A stretch of 61,731 bases of DNA from Candidatus Micrarchaeota archaeon (GCA_043812915.1 JBDRLQ010000025.1:1-61731), one strand, 5' to 3'. Counted from the stretch's first letter, positions 29,101-36,875 are shown. Notes: generated by a model from the sequence alone, not told the origin. Translations and numbers: made by a program.

Positions 29101-31594
29101 CATCACAAACAACTCATTCCATGATAACGGTGGCGATGGAATCCAGCTGTCGGGCCCGGTGAGCAACATCCTGATTGAGGATAACCTGGTCATCAGCAAC
29201 AGGGCAAGGGGGATTGACTCAACCGGTGCTTCGAACATCGTGAACATAACGATAAACAACAATACGTTCTACAACACCTCAAACTATGTAATCTGGCTAT
29301 CCAGCGTTGTAGACAGCAACATCACCAACAACATCATCGATACGTCCACCGGCAACAGCGGAATCCAGCTCTGGTCATTGGCAACAGGGAACCGGATAGT
29401 CAATAACACTATTTCAAATACCGGAGGGGACGGCATCCAGGTGGGCTTCACGAACGACAATGAGATTTACAACTGCACAATCGAGAACAGCGGCGATGAC
29501 GGAATATCAATCAGGGATGCGAATGAGACCGACATCCACAATGTGCACGTCTATGGAAGCCAGGGAGCGGACCTGAGGGTGGAGTCCGCAGGCTCCCCCA
29601 GGAACTTGCGCATCTACAACATGTCATTCGACAACCCCGATGGCAACTGGCAGAACTACACCTCACTAAACATCACCGATACAGTTGAGGCCGGGACGGC
29701 GTACACCATCAACTGGACGGCCAATTCCAGCCCATTGAGCGCGCCGATGATTTCATTCCGAAGCAAATACGTGGAAATAACGGCCACAACTGGCACGGTT
29801 TCCATCGACAGCGTGGTCTGGCACTGGCTGGAGAGCGAGCTTGGGGGATACAGCGAGTCGCAGTTCGCTCTTTGGAAGCACAACGGCTCGATATGGAGCT
29901 CTGTAAACGACACTCCGGACACCTCAGGCAACACGCTGATGCTGCTGGACCTGAACCCTGCCAGCAAATACGGCATCGTGCAGTTTGGCGAGAGCTGTCC
30001 TATAATAAGCGAGCCGACGACATACATCATGAATGCAAGCTACAGCGGGGCGCCGAACGCCGGCGACGCGGATGTGGCGTTCACCTGCGCCAAGATTTCC
30101 TCTTCAGACGTCATATATGACTGCAACGGGTACAGCCTGTCCATCGATGGCGGCCCTGATGATGCCTCTGGAATCCTGATTGGAGGGGCAATCTCGAACA
30201 TCACCCTGCGCAACTGCCCGAGCATCTCCGGATATGATTACGGCATCTATATGGATGGGGCGAGCAGCAATGTTGTGCAGGACATCACGCTGAATGACAA
30301 CGTCTTCGGCCTCTTCATCAACGGCAGCCAGGACATACTGATATCCAATGTCGATATCTACGACAACAACGAGAGCGGGGTTACGATTATCGAGCAGTCG
30401 GATAACATCACGCTGAGCAATGTCGAAGTGTACGGGAATGACCAGTATGGGGTCCATATAGAGAACTCGAATGACGTCAACCTGTCCACAGCGCACCTGT
30501 ACGACAACGCCCAGGAAGACGTTTATGTCAGCACGGACGGCACGCCCAGGGCATTCTATGCAAGCAATTTGCGCATTGATAGCGATTCAGGGCTGCTCCA
30601 GAACTACACCACGCTCACAATAGAGGATACTGTGGACGCCAACAGAGGCTACACCATCGACTGGGCGGTTCAGCCGGGCAGCTTGCCGGCCAATACCAGC
30701 AGCTTCAACGGCAAGTTCGTGGACATAACCGAGGTCGGCGGGGACGTCTTCATAGACAGGATAGTGTGGGCCTGGCTGGACTCGGAGGTCGGAGGGCATA
30801 GGGAATCCGAGTTCGGGCTCTGGAGGTACAGCGCGGCAGTGTGGAGCCTGCAGAACGATAGCCCGGACACAGAGGACAACGAGCTGTCCCTCTTTGCCAT
30901 GAACCCTGCCAGCGACTACGGTATTCTGGAAAGCATCAACGCGAGCTTAAGCGGCAGCATAACGCTCTACGGGGCGAATATCACCAATATCACACACGCG
31001 CAGAGATACAACGGCACGAACGGCTCTGGGGCCAACCTCTCAGTCCGCGGCGGGAACATCACCATCGCGGAGACCTCGGTTGGCACTGCCCTCACCGACC
31101 GCTGGGCAGCGTTCTACGGGAATGTCAGCGGAAGCGTCATCTTGACCACCAATAACACATACAGCTATGTGTATGAATGGGAGTATAACTCCAGCCAGAG
31201 CACAGGGGCCGTGTGCGCTTCCACGAATGCCACGCTGGAGACGTTTGCGGTTAAGGGCGCTACAGCCGGAGACATCGACACCGCCTGGAGCTTCGACCCG
31301 TCAATCGCGGATTCGGGGGCCAACACGTTCAACGGCTCGGACTGCATAATGGGTGTTGGAGAGACATTCATATCAAACTCCAGCTGGGTGGATACCGGCC
31401 AGTCCGGAGGCTTCATCACGTGCGCCCTGAGGTCCAATTCCACAACTGCCGCGACAAAGAGCGACCTGCTCTTCTGCGGCAATGTCAGTGCGGGCACAAA
31501 CTGGAACGGGACCATCTCTGATTTCGAGCTCCTGGTGCCAACTTCATACGGGGCCGGAACCGAGACGTATTACTTCTACGCGAACCTTGAGTAG
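20126..31594 (+). CDS. Giant (3,822 aa) surface glycoprotein/adhesin with C1q-like domains and right-handed beta-helix (PbH1/NosD-like) modules
   Basis: N-terminal hydrophobic anchor; three G(I/F/L)Y(R/Q)xxY beta-sandwich repeats; six modules ending in PASDYG-like motifs; many N-x-S/T sequons; uninterrupted 11.5-kb ORF. Confidence 0.88.
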   Translation: MGKDKGKPVLPFTASDLHLIGAVIVLVLLLAIATQSAFPNLSEGCLDEFPSGCFLKSSGAMKSMVLSSERYSLVRGPEHEESDSGQMGSEGISVSDFTSSLVDDFVSISTGRGVLGDARPANASGKLQKYLRVRSPVFGMRYDMDNGTNPMIFFYDSPIKRMRVYDWINNGLLEVDWFELEGYEQAYAINPAGVNSAEATITAKGNIVEKCREWDFATRTCNGEWIVLTRVVPGENYTIAIDSADPGFRESLSVINVQSFPEVGGLWTVQFNTTGTADLTISAVNGTTWTNFGDSEDLRFLEVRCGDAIMPYSWVNDSVLIEDYTCNETGTETSRVITGGSHHLEFRFGDSVDYAHNQAGIKVILLRGAGGDINSTDEFGVNWTTEDRVDTTAFSHSTSADNYGVTVAEDGIYRVSYGLYVNTNGTDRYSPLAHVNVDGSSAGVCYSSGYNRGTSESWHLVAAAGCLLELTAGQSVSIAAKRLSTTITEQYPVFNSSNSWFHMQKLEHSDVILLREAGGGQEFDTVNASVTWDTEDYEGGSFTHAAGSSEIQVSQTGFYRLTYSIGVEEDTQNRSAAFVNLQVKPDGGSFADTPYGWGQAYLRGIYYINESIVAASTVLNLSALDTVRAIVGNPTGYDPGVLSVTGGRTHLDMEYLGDGSDTDMFMAYDSTGSVILENHADQTWDVEDYDGSYFTFTPGNAEITIDRPGLYQIAYGVYSTSNNSGRFEWLTQLFVNGAAASECLGAGYNRGVLSYGSPEAASTSNCYIELEAGDVVKVQNIETTNLVSGVNNTGDRTFMTIQGMNFPTPEVSGCAVIDYPGQVQMSADGSGAPNGVSGVTDITSACIVLASDDIDFSCNGHIIDNTVFPTAAGIVINGSTTVDYTNVTIRDCPSITDYAVGAYVHNSQQDTIRNVTTDRSTTAGILLRSATSTTVENCTAKGNYNYGFYLRDSFTNTLSNDIAYNNSINGFRIYTSQGNVINKSQSYNNTDSGIHIEGYFGADVPSQQNSVINSSSYDNDADGVELVYTTLDNVLDSNFSNNGDSGVHMRDNAFATYVQSCRAYDNSENGFYAASGALLANFDDNIAYDNGLAGLNNTLATSTTADNTTAYGNLDGIAFESGSCTFTGANLYNNTRHGVYYKSTAAATFNDIHSYSADGVAVMVENTGGGTPAITFSNLTIDSDTGDFVNYTSLDITDNINANSAYSINWSSSSGTPTDTESFAQKLVNISPVSGTTSIDTIVWNWLEPEASGIDESSLELWKYNSSGWALQNDSPDTTGNTLRILSMNPASDYGLFENLGSCRVISAPGEYQLNINLTGAPLTLSGISGFAKACYIISSDDVDLSCAGRTITNNGTASAAGIVVNGSSTVDYTNVTIRDCIVSGYRADVMLYDTAYDTVINNTALNASLAGIYTYLTNYSVIENNNATDSVAQSGLRMAYSSLNNVSGNHFSNASRGFYLELYSNFNRITNNSAYNCSTQGFLVYTYSSGNVLIGNDAWDIVNNAYVVRDYTDNNTLIDNTASYSNNGFLMLYNSTNTTIINFTSFNNRNVNFAMWDCDGTLLANSTSYNGTLGDIWYRNVLGHPYSLEMSNITILNPLGTYENYSVISIQDSLTTLVNYTINWTDTPAGLPAGRETFANKYLEIGRDGSEAIDNFTWHWTAAEAEGHDANNFELWRYNVTDGWSLINDSPDVLANQISLPDFSPSSDYGILEDAACRIISSPGSYSLASNASGAPYGVPAAYADAACIVIDSSDVDFNCNGYNISNDGTANAAAIFVNGTASTQHTNVTIRDCPHITEYTRAVYIEFSPGAIVRNVSMHDLAGSGIMVFASNQLNLTNNSFDNLTAQGIQIYDSNYSHISYNLINAAANSMYFDNSHYNTIEFNDAGFASARDYNLVSSDNNMLRSNTGHGNTGASFRLSGATNTTILNCTMYNNARGVRATTSNYTNITNCTTYNNTYGLHIDLRSQFASVTDIISAGDYYGIWLDESSWGNISDVSIVDSYEGIWVYKSNHSLIGNVFIENATNAGVQDYPSFNNTYTDITIINSFYGFQVYNSTDINLSNLYTSNNGFDIRVTANGTEANINFTNITIDNPLGGYENYTVLNITDTTGLYSDFFVNWTGNSSELPAGYLSFAQKFVNISSELAPASIDSVVWGWKDGELGGYDEGAFGLWKYNESGWTLENGTPDTSGNTLRLLNMDPASDYGILQEGEQNCYIISAPGAYMQTANVSGAPVTLNGDSNVDWACIIIDSDNVDYSCEGFSMINDGTADAVAIVVNGSDGNIRQNVTVRDCKLLEGYEYGMFAKYARNVIFENSTADCNYTGRYGFIMYPGVNDSIIRNTWSYDGLNNGIHTRYGWNDTVYNSFAQNFSLGSNIYVLNMYHSSYYNNTMMDGQTGLELRMSENISVDNCTAGGTFTHYAIRFNAGVDRINFSRNVGYGGVNALLIGTSNYMNITNCSFYGTSLNAVYLDDSGYSNFTDILIDDAGSYGIYLRDSTTVQNRFSGITITDSAQYGIRSYDAHYNLFENARIENVGFTGHGINVDGGSGFNNYTNITISGIVRDGIFITNNAGNNTFTDMEIYDVGYYGIEITNGDNNNFTNIHLYNNSRGAIYVSSTGSARNVKFSNVSIDNPSGGYVNYTTLSITDSIDVGTAYNISWTTNSSPLLGPYLSIGEKFVNISNSLGSTSIDSIAWSWLDSEAAGYDESSFRLHKWNGSWTDTGAALDTGANTLSLTNMDPASDYGIVGYSSPECFVIDAPGSYSLSSDLEGAPFPVTGISSGNRACILIMSDDVEFDCNGYNLTNNGTADAIGIAANGTSVHGYENVSIRNCFNISDYKSSITVNNITTGIIENILTEPANWGIYVQTSNDMTIRNCTVSGGIGELFYIRENWNMTVTGNLAHSCAITNNGFYLLNNDDTILDNNTAYLCQRGFYIQNLRNSTVTNSVSHSNVRDGYYFYVSPDNVSFTGNVAYNNSINGIYLHSGPNNMRITNNSFHDNGGDGIQLSGPVSNILIEDNLVISNRARGIDSTGASNIVNITINNNTFYNTSNYVIWLSSVVDSNITNNIIDTSTGNSGIQLWSLATGNRIVNNTISNTGGDGIQVGFTNDNEIYNCTIENSGDDGISIRDANETDIHNVHVYGSQGADLRVESAGSPRNLRIYNMSFDNPDGNWQNYTSLNITDTVEAGTAYTINWTANSSPLSAPMISFRSKYVEITATTGTVSIDSVVWHWLESELGGYSESQFALWKHNGSIWSSVNDTPDTSGNTLMLLDLNPASKYGIVQFGESCPIISEPTTYIMNASYSGAPNAGDADVAFTCAKISSSDVIYDCNGYSLSIDGGPDDASGILIGGAISNITLRNCPSISGYDYGIYMDGASSNVVQDITLNDNVFGLFINGSQDILISNVDIYDNNESGVTIIEQSDNITLSNVEVYGNDQYGVHIENSNDVNLSTAHLYDNAQEDVYVSTDGTPRAFYASNLRIDSDSGLLQNYTTLTIEDTVDANRGYTIDWAVQPGSLPANTSSFNGKFVDITEVGGDVFIDRIVWAWLDSEVGGHRESEFGLWRYSAAVWSLQNDSPDTEDNELSLFAMNPASDYGILESINASLSGSITLYGANITNITHAQRYNGTNGSGANLSVRGGNITIAETSVGTALTDRWAAFYGNVSGSVILTTNNTYSYVYEWEYNSSQSTGAVCASTNATLETFAVKGATAGDIDTAWSFDPSIADSGANTFNGSDCIMGVGETFISNSSWVDTGQSGGFITCALRSNSTTAATKSDLLFCGNVSAGTNWNGTISDFELLVPTSYGAGTETYYFYANLE

Positions 31595-31642
31595 GCGCAA
31601 GATTTTAATTATGGGTAATTGCAATAATAGAAAGGTGTGATT

Positions 31643-32086
31643 ATGACGAAAAAGGAAATTGCCAAGATGCTGAATGAAGCCCTGGAACTGGAGCACGCGG
31701 CCCATGTGCAGTACCTGAGCCATGCAGAGACCATATGCGGAGTGGAATCCGAGGGGGTCGTTGCCAGGCTAAAAGAGATAGCCTCCGACGAGGCTGAGCA
31801 CGCTGCCAAATTCAGGAACCTGATTGGCGCGTACCTTGAGGAAGTCCCTTCAATGGGAATCGCCAGGACGAGGAAGGCGAAGAGCCTTAAGGACATCCTT
31901 AAGATAAACCTCGAGGATGAGCTGGAAGCCGTGCGGATTTATACCAGGATTATGGATAAAATCGCGAAAGAGCGGAAAGACCTGCCCTACTGCTTCCTGA
32001 GGCTCGAGCACGACCTGCGCCACGTGATAATGGAGGAGCAGGAGCACGCGGTTGAACTGAAGGCGCTCATGGGAAAGCTGAAGTAA
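31643..32086 (+). CDS. Ferritin-like (bacterioferritin-type) di-iron protein
   Basis: LELEHAA..QY, DEAEHA, EDELEA..IY, EEQEHA. Confidence 0.88.
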   Translation: MTKKEIAKMLNEALELEHAAHVQYLSHAETICGVESEGVVARLKEIASDEAEHAAKFRNLIGAYLEEVPSMGIARTRKAKSLKDILKINLEDELEAVRIYTRIMDKIAKERKDLPYCFLRLEHDLRHVIMEEQEHAVELKALMGKLK

Positions 32087-32097
32087 GGGTAATTCCG

Positions 32098-33141
32098 ATG
32101 AGGGCCGTTTTCCTTCTTTTATTGTGCAGTTTCCTTTTTTCCGGATGCTGCTTTGATGCCGGGGATGGGACCACCACCCCGGGTGATGGCGGGCAGGATG
32201 ATGAGAATTATACCGGAGCGGGTGGAAGCGGGGTGAGCGTTGTCGTGGACCCGCAGCATAACGTGACACTCTCCCAGAATGACAGCGGGCATGTGCCGCC
32301 TCCGCCACCTGTCGATGTGACTGAGATAGACTATACCGAAGAGCATGCGGCAATGTTCACGATATACTTCATCCATGTCGGCGATGACAGGCTGGGCGTG
32401 CAGGGAGACGCCATACTGGTGAAGAAGGGCGATTTTGACATGCTGATCGACGCCGGCTCCGCGCAGACGTCTGCCAGGGTCGTTGACTTCCTCAAGGCCA
32501 GGAACGTGGATGATTTGGACGTTCTGATGCTGACCAACGGGAAACCAGACCATTATGGCGGGATTCCGGCCGTCGTTTCTCAATTCCCGGTCGAGGAGTT
32601 CTGGTGGGCCGGGACAGAAGTGTTTACGGACAGCGATTACGCTGACGCAGTTGAGAGCGCCACCCAAAAGGCAGAGATGACCCGCGAGATTGAGGCCGGA
32701 TATTTCAGGGAGCTCAACAACATGAGCTTCACGATCCTCAATCCGCCGCATGAGAGGTTCGCGGACCTGAACAACGACGGCATTGTGACGCTGGTGCGGG
32801 ACAGGAATTTCACCATCCTGCTGATGTCCAGCGTTCAGACCGGGGCGCACAACAAGCTGATAAACCAGTATAGGGACAGAATCAACGTGGACGTGCTGCA
32901 GGCGCCGTTCAACGGGCTTGGCGGGGGGACGCAGAATTTCGGGATATTCCTCGTCTCCAGCATGCCGGAGGTTGTGATTGTCAGTGGAAGTTCTGACGAT
33001 TCGCCGGAAGCTGGGGGCTCAAGGGAGCCATTCTTCAGGTACCTTGTCCAGTACAACATTACCTCTTACGAGACATATACTGGCGGGACTGTGCGGGTTA
33101 CCAGCGACGGATATGAATATGATGTTGCCTACCTGGGGTAG
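32098..33141 (+). CDS. Lipoprotein with a degenerate ComEC-like metallo-beta-lactamase domain
   Basis: Lipobox LFSGCC; HVG...QGDAIL, MLIDAG, DHYGG, NNDGIV, V.SDG. Several metal ligands are replaced. Confidence 0.85.
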   Translation: MRAVFLLLLCSFLFSGCCFDAGDGTTTPGDGGQDDENYTGAGGSGVSVVVDPQHNVTLSQNDSGHVPPPPPVDVTEIDYTEEHAAMFTIYFIHVGDDRLGVQGDAILVKKGDFDMLIDAGSAQTSARVVDFLKARNVDDLDVLMLTNGKPDHYGGIPAVVSQFPVEEFWWAGTEVFTDSDYADAVESATQKAEMTREIEAGYFRELNNMSFTILNPPHERFADLNNDGIVTLVRDRNFTILLMSSVQTGAHNKLINQYRDRINVDVLQAPFNGLGGGTQNFGIFLVSSMPEVVIVSGSSDDSPEAGGSREPFFRYLVQYNITSYETYTGGTVRVTSDGYEYDVAYLG

Positions 33142-33199
33142 GCGGTTTTCTTCTTTTTTTAATCATCCTGCCAATCATCGTCCGCAAACGGATGTGGGC

Positions 33200-33352
33200 T
33201 CACTTCCATGAGCGAGAACCTGTGGTCGGGATCCCCGTCGTTCCATCTTGCGATGTTCTCGGCAAGGGCGCAACATGCCGGGGGGATATAATTTCCTTTG
33301 AAGGAGGGATTCGCTTAAGGTGCCCTTCCCGAAACAGCTTTTCCAAAGTCAT
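33200..33352 (-). pseudogene. Truncated HEPN toxin remnant
   Basis: ATGA overlap with the MNT stop. MTLEKLFREGHLKRIPPSKE resembles the N-termini of HEPN partners, then the sequence becomes unrelated. Confidence 0.55.
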
Positions 33353-33900
33353 CCGACCACCAAGGAAGAACCTAATAGGATTATGTGATTTGACAGGACT
33401 CTCATGTAGAACACCTCCTTACGCTTGGACATTCCCATCCACTCCGTAATTGTAAAGATTGTCAATGCCAATTTCTGGCCAAATGCCTTTTTCAGCTTTT
33501 CAAGATTTTTTTCAGCCTGTTCATGCCCAACGTTTGAGATGATTAGTATGTCAATATCGCTAATTGAAATGAACTCTCCAGACGCCCGTGAACCGTATAG
33601 GGCAACTGTCACGAATTCGGGGTTTTCCCAGCTTCTTCGTAATTTCATGAGTCTGCTAAGAAACCAGGTGGATTTCAGTCGCTTGACCAGCGGCTCATCA
33701 TTCCTAAGCGAATAGAACAAAGCCCTCCCTTTTTCCTCGCTTTTGAGGGCGCCTTCCTTCTCCAGCTCCTTACAGACACTGCTCGCTGAGCCAGAGCTTA
33801 TCTTGAGGCCTCTTGCAAGCTCTTTAACATACCACTCCCTCTCAGGCTTCTTGAAGAATTCTGAAAGAATCTTTTCTCTGACCGTATCTTCAAACAACAT
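33349..33900 (-). CDS. HTH + minimal nucleotidyltransferase (MNT antitoxin)
   Basis: wHTH (YVKELARGLKISSGSAS); LYGSRASGE...SDIDILII. Confidence 0.9.
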   Translation of the reverse strand: MLFEDTVREKILSEFFKKPEREWYVKELARGLKISSGSASSVCKELEKEGALKSEEKGRALFYSLRNDEPLVKRLKSTWFLSRLMKLRRSWENPEFVTVALYGSRASGEFISISDIDILIISNVGHEQAEKNLEKLKKAFGQKLALTIFTITEWMGMSKRKEVFYMRVLSNHIILLGSSLVVG

Positions 33901-33910
33901 CAATATATTA

Positions 33911-33953
33911 AACCATCGTTCATTTTATAAAACCATTGTTCAATCAAATGAAC
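33911..33953. promoter_or_regulatory. Candidate autoregulatory operator of the HTH-MNT gene
   Basis: Direct repeat AACCAT(C/T)GTTCA (33911, 33931) and inverted repeat GTTCA-N6-TGAAC (33938-33953) around TTTTATAAAA. Confidence 0.5.
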
Positions 33954-34114
33954 CAAAGAATTTGCAACCACGCTTCCCATTTGACTTCGTGGTTATAACT
34001 ATTCATATTGCTTCGACACATTGTCCTAAACATAGGAATCATGACTGGAAACCGACGGCAGAGAACAGAGTTCTCTGCGCCCCTTGTCTGAAAGACAAGT
34101 GGGAAACAAGAAAG

Positions 34115-34188
34115 CGGGCCTAGAGGGATTCGAACCCTCGACACTCGGATTAAGAGTCCGACGCTCTACCAAGCTGAGCTATAGGCCC
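34115..34188 (-). tRNA. tRNA-Lys(CTT)
   Basis: Reverse complement GGGCCTA...TCGGA-CTCTTAA-TCCGA...GGTTCGAATCC...TAGGCCCG. Confidence 0.96.
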
Positions 34189-34257
34189 AATAAGAAGTTA
34201 TAGGAATTCATGGAGAAACGAATAAAAAGCTTCTTCTGGAACCGGTTTTTAGGAAAA

Positions 34258-35064
34258 TCATGACAGGCGCACTTCGAAGTATCTCTTGTTAGACTTGTCT
34301 ATGCGCGCGTTGAAGACCGGCTCCGAAGACTGCCTGGACTGGAGGAGCCGGATTGCCGCTGTCGGGAGGGCTTTCTGCAGGCTCACGGTGTATGGGCGCT
34401 GCCCATGGGGGGCAAGCTCCCACCTGATTCTTACGACCGGTTTGAAATTGCCGCTCTTTCCTGTATCCTCTATTGAGAGGAGCTTGGCTGTTGCGGCAGT
34501 CCCCTTGCCGCCAAGCCGCGGGGAATTATCATCACCAGCGCCGAATGTTATCCAGCCGTCTCCGGCAGAGCTGGCGGGCGAGACAATCACTATTTTCTCC
34601 CAGTCCTCCCGGTCCACCTTAACGGAAAACACGCTTCCAGGCTGGAAGGCGGGGACTGCCGAGCGGGGGATAATCGTATTGTGGGTAACGGCATACGGCT
34701 TCATCTTGCCGTCATCCACTTCCAGGGTGAGCCTGAGGTATGGCTGGCCGTTTATTGTGACCGTCCCCTGGTCGGTCTCGGTTAGGGAGACCACCCTTGC
34801 CTGCGCATCCGCGCCGCTCTCAATTATCCTTTCTGCCTCCTTGCCGTTCCCGAAGAGGAGCGAGGACTTCGAGAGGCCGAAGAGGGCTCCGAAGGATTCG
34901 AATATCAGGGGGATGAGCGGGAGCATGGGAAGAATGACGAGCAGGACTATGAAAATGGCCTCTGACTCGGGCCCGAGGTATTCCTGCAGGGTGCCCTCCT
35001 CCCCAAGCATTATGAATGCGAAGAGCAGCAGAATCCATATCCCCCACAATATCATGGAGCGCAT
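34258..35064 (-). CDS. Membrane-anchored protein with two tandem beta-barrel (DUF3592-like) repeats
   Basis: Two TM helices, then two copies of A.A....(E/D)T...P...L.....PY.V. Start reset to ATG 35064. Confidence 0.65.
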   Translation of the reverse strand: MRSMILWGIWILLLFAFIMLGEEGTLQEYLGPESEAIFIVLLVILPMLPLIPLIFESFGALFGLSKSSLLFGNGKEAERIIESGADAQARVVSLTETDQGTVTINGQPYLRLTLEVDDGKMKPYAVTHNTIIPRSAVPAFQPGSVFSVKVDREDWEKIVIVSPASSAGDGWITFGAGDDNSPRLGGKGTAATAKLLSIEDTGKSGNFKPVVRIRWELAPHGQRPYTVSLQKALPTAAIRLLQSRQSSEPVFNARIDKSNKRYFEVRLS

Positions 35065-35163
35065 AATCGACAGAAGAACACCAGCATGATAGAGGGGGAT
35101 AAGTAATATAAGAGATGCGGGAAATCGGGAATCTTCAAAAAGGCTAACGAACACATCCTTTAT

Positions 35164-35781
35164 ATGGGAACCGTGAAAATAGCCGTGCTCGCCTCTGGAC
35201 GGGGGAGCGATTTCCAGGCAATTCTTGATTCTATTAAGGCAGGCAACTGCAATGCAGAAGTGAAGGTGCTGATTACCAACAAGCCTGATGCAAAGGCCAT
35301 TGAGAGGGCGAAGGCCAACAACATCCCTGTCGAGATAGTGGAGCGCAGCTCGTTCTCCAGCAGGGGAGAAATGGATGAGCGGATAAAGGAGCTCCTGGAC
35401 AGGTATGGCGTGGAACTGGTCGTTCTTGCAGGATACATGCTGCTGCTCAAGGGCAAGAAGCTGCTCGATGCCTACAGGAACAGGATAATAAACATCCATC
35501 CGGCGCTTTTGCCCTCATTTCCAGGAATTGAGGCGCAGAAGCAGGCTTTCGAGCACGGCGCGAAGGTCTCGGGCATCACAATCCATTTCGTGGACGAGAA
35601 CCTGGATGCCGGCCCGGTCTTATACCAGGAGGCAGTGGATATCTCGGACTGCAAGGACGCGGAAGAAGTAGCTGCCAGGATTCTTGAGGTTGAGCACAGG
35701 GCATATCCGATGGTGGTGGACATGTTCTCAAAAGGAACTTTCTTTGTTGAGGGCAGGCGCGCAATCTACAAAAGAACCTAG
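35164..35781 (+). CDS. purN: Phosphoribosylglycinamide formyltransferase
   Basis: VLASGRGS, VLAGYM, INIHPALLPSFPG, HFVD..LDAGP. Confidence 0.96.
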   Translation: MGTVKIAVLASGRGSDFQAILDSIKAGNCNAEVKVLITNKPDAKAIERAKANNIPVEIVERSSFSSRGEMDERIKELLDRYGVELVVLAGYMLLLKGKKLLDAYRNRIINIHPALLPSFPGIEAQKQAFEHGAKVSGITIHFVDENLDAGPVLYQEAVDISDCKDAEEVAARILEVEHRAYPMVVDMFSKGTFFVEGRRAIYKRT

Positions 35782-36479
35782 CGGACCTGCTCGTATTCTT
35801 TGTGGGTTTTTCCGCTTGTGTGCATCTGGAGGAAGTTGCTCCCGTGGAACCACAGGTATTTCGCGTATCCCCATTGCCTGATTCTTCTTGTTGACACAAA
35901 CGTGACTGATTTCGGGCAGTAGCAGACCTTCCCGGCTCTCCTGAGCCTTTTTATAAGATCGATATCCTCCCCGGTCACAAGCCCAATATTGTAGCCCCCA
36001 ATCTCATTGAAGGCCTTTTTCGTAAATGCCATGCTCTCCCCGGCAACCAGGGGCATGTTGAGGGCAAGGGAAATCCCTGAAAACGGGGAAAGGAGATATT
36101 CGGAGAATGTTCTCTCGAGGAAATTGCCGTCCTGCGGAAGCAGCTTTCCGGCGCTCGCAACGCATTTTCCGCTGGCGATGGGCAGGAGCAGCTCCTCCAT
36201 CCAGCGCTTGTCATAGATATTGTCGGCCCCTGCGCTGACGATGATTTCGCCTTCAGATTCCTCGCTGCCCTTCTGCCTTGCAAGCCCGATTATGCCCTTC
36301 GGGGTGTTGAATATCCTGTCCGTGAACTCCCTGGCAATATCAAGCGTGCCGTCTGTGCTGAAGGAATCGACGATTATGGTCTCGAAATCGAAGGAGGTCT
36401 TCTGCGCGTATAAGGACTCGAGCATCCCCCGCAGGACTTTCCCCTCATTAAGTGTCGGGACTACAACGGAGGCCTTCAT
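35778..36479 (-). CDS. Family 2 glycosyltransferase
   Basis: SVVVPTLNE, IVDSFSTDGT, GEDIDL, STRR. The DxD motif appears as GAD. Confidence 0.9.
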   Translation of the reverse strand: MKASVVVPTLNEGKVLRGMLESLYAQKTSFDFETIIVDSFSTDGTLDIAREFTDRIFNTPKGIIGLARQKGSEESEGEIIVSAGADNIYDKRWMEELLLPIASGKCVASAGKLLPQDGNFLERTFSEYLLSPFSGISLALNMPLVAGESMAFTKKAFNEIGGYNIGLVTGEDIDLIKRLRRAGKVCYCPKSVTFVSTRRIRQWGYAKYLWFHGSNFLQMHTSGKTHKEYEQVR

Positions 36480-36871
36480 ATGTCGAGCAACACCCGTATC
36501 TTGCAGGAGCCTTCCTTCTCTGATACTTCCAGCTCATGGTAGGTCACTGCCTTGATTATGTTTTCCGAGGCTTTCCGCTCCCCCCTGACTGTCGCCTTTA
36601 TGCTGCCTTCCTTGGAATCGGTAACTTCGACGGATTTCGGGGTGAAGCCCCTTATCTCGCACTGGGCTATAATCTCTGTCAGGAAGACTACAACCAATCC
36701 TTCCTTTGTTTGCGCAGAGACTGAAACCTCGATCGAGTCCTTGCCCGAAGAATCCTCAGCGCCCATCTGGCTGAACATCCCTGCCGCGACATCCGCAAGG
36801 GCTGAGCTGAAGTCGCGGTTCTGCGCCTCTATTATTATGTCGGATGTGTGCTCCAGGAATTTGTATGGCAT
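36476..36871 (-). CDS. Archease
   Basis: FLEHTSD and IKAVTYHEL...V.LDI. Confidence 0.95.
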   Translation of the reverse strand: MPYKFLEHTSDIIIEAQNRDFSSALADVAAGMFSQMGAEDSSGKDSIEVSVSAQTKEGLVVVFLTEIIAQCEIRGFTPKSVEVTDSKEGSIKATVRGERKASENIIKAVTYHELEVSEKEGSCKIRVLLDI

Positions 36872-36875
36872 TCGA

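Noticed and set aside
20126..31594. CRISPR array or DGR template/variable repeats
   Set aside because: The repeats are diverged protein modules. No identical spaced repeats, reverse transcriptase or adenine-specific variation were seen.
35065..35499. 5' extension of ORF 34258..35499
   Set aside because: It is antisense to purN.
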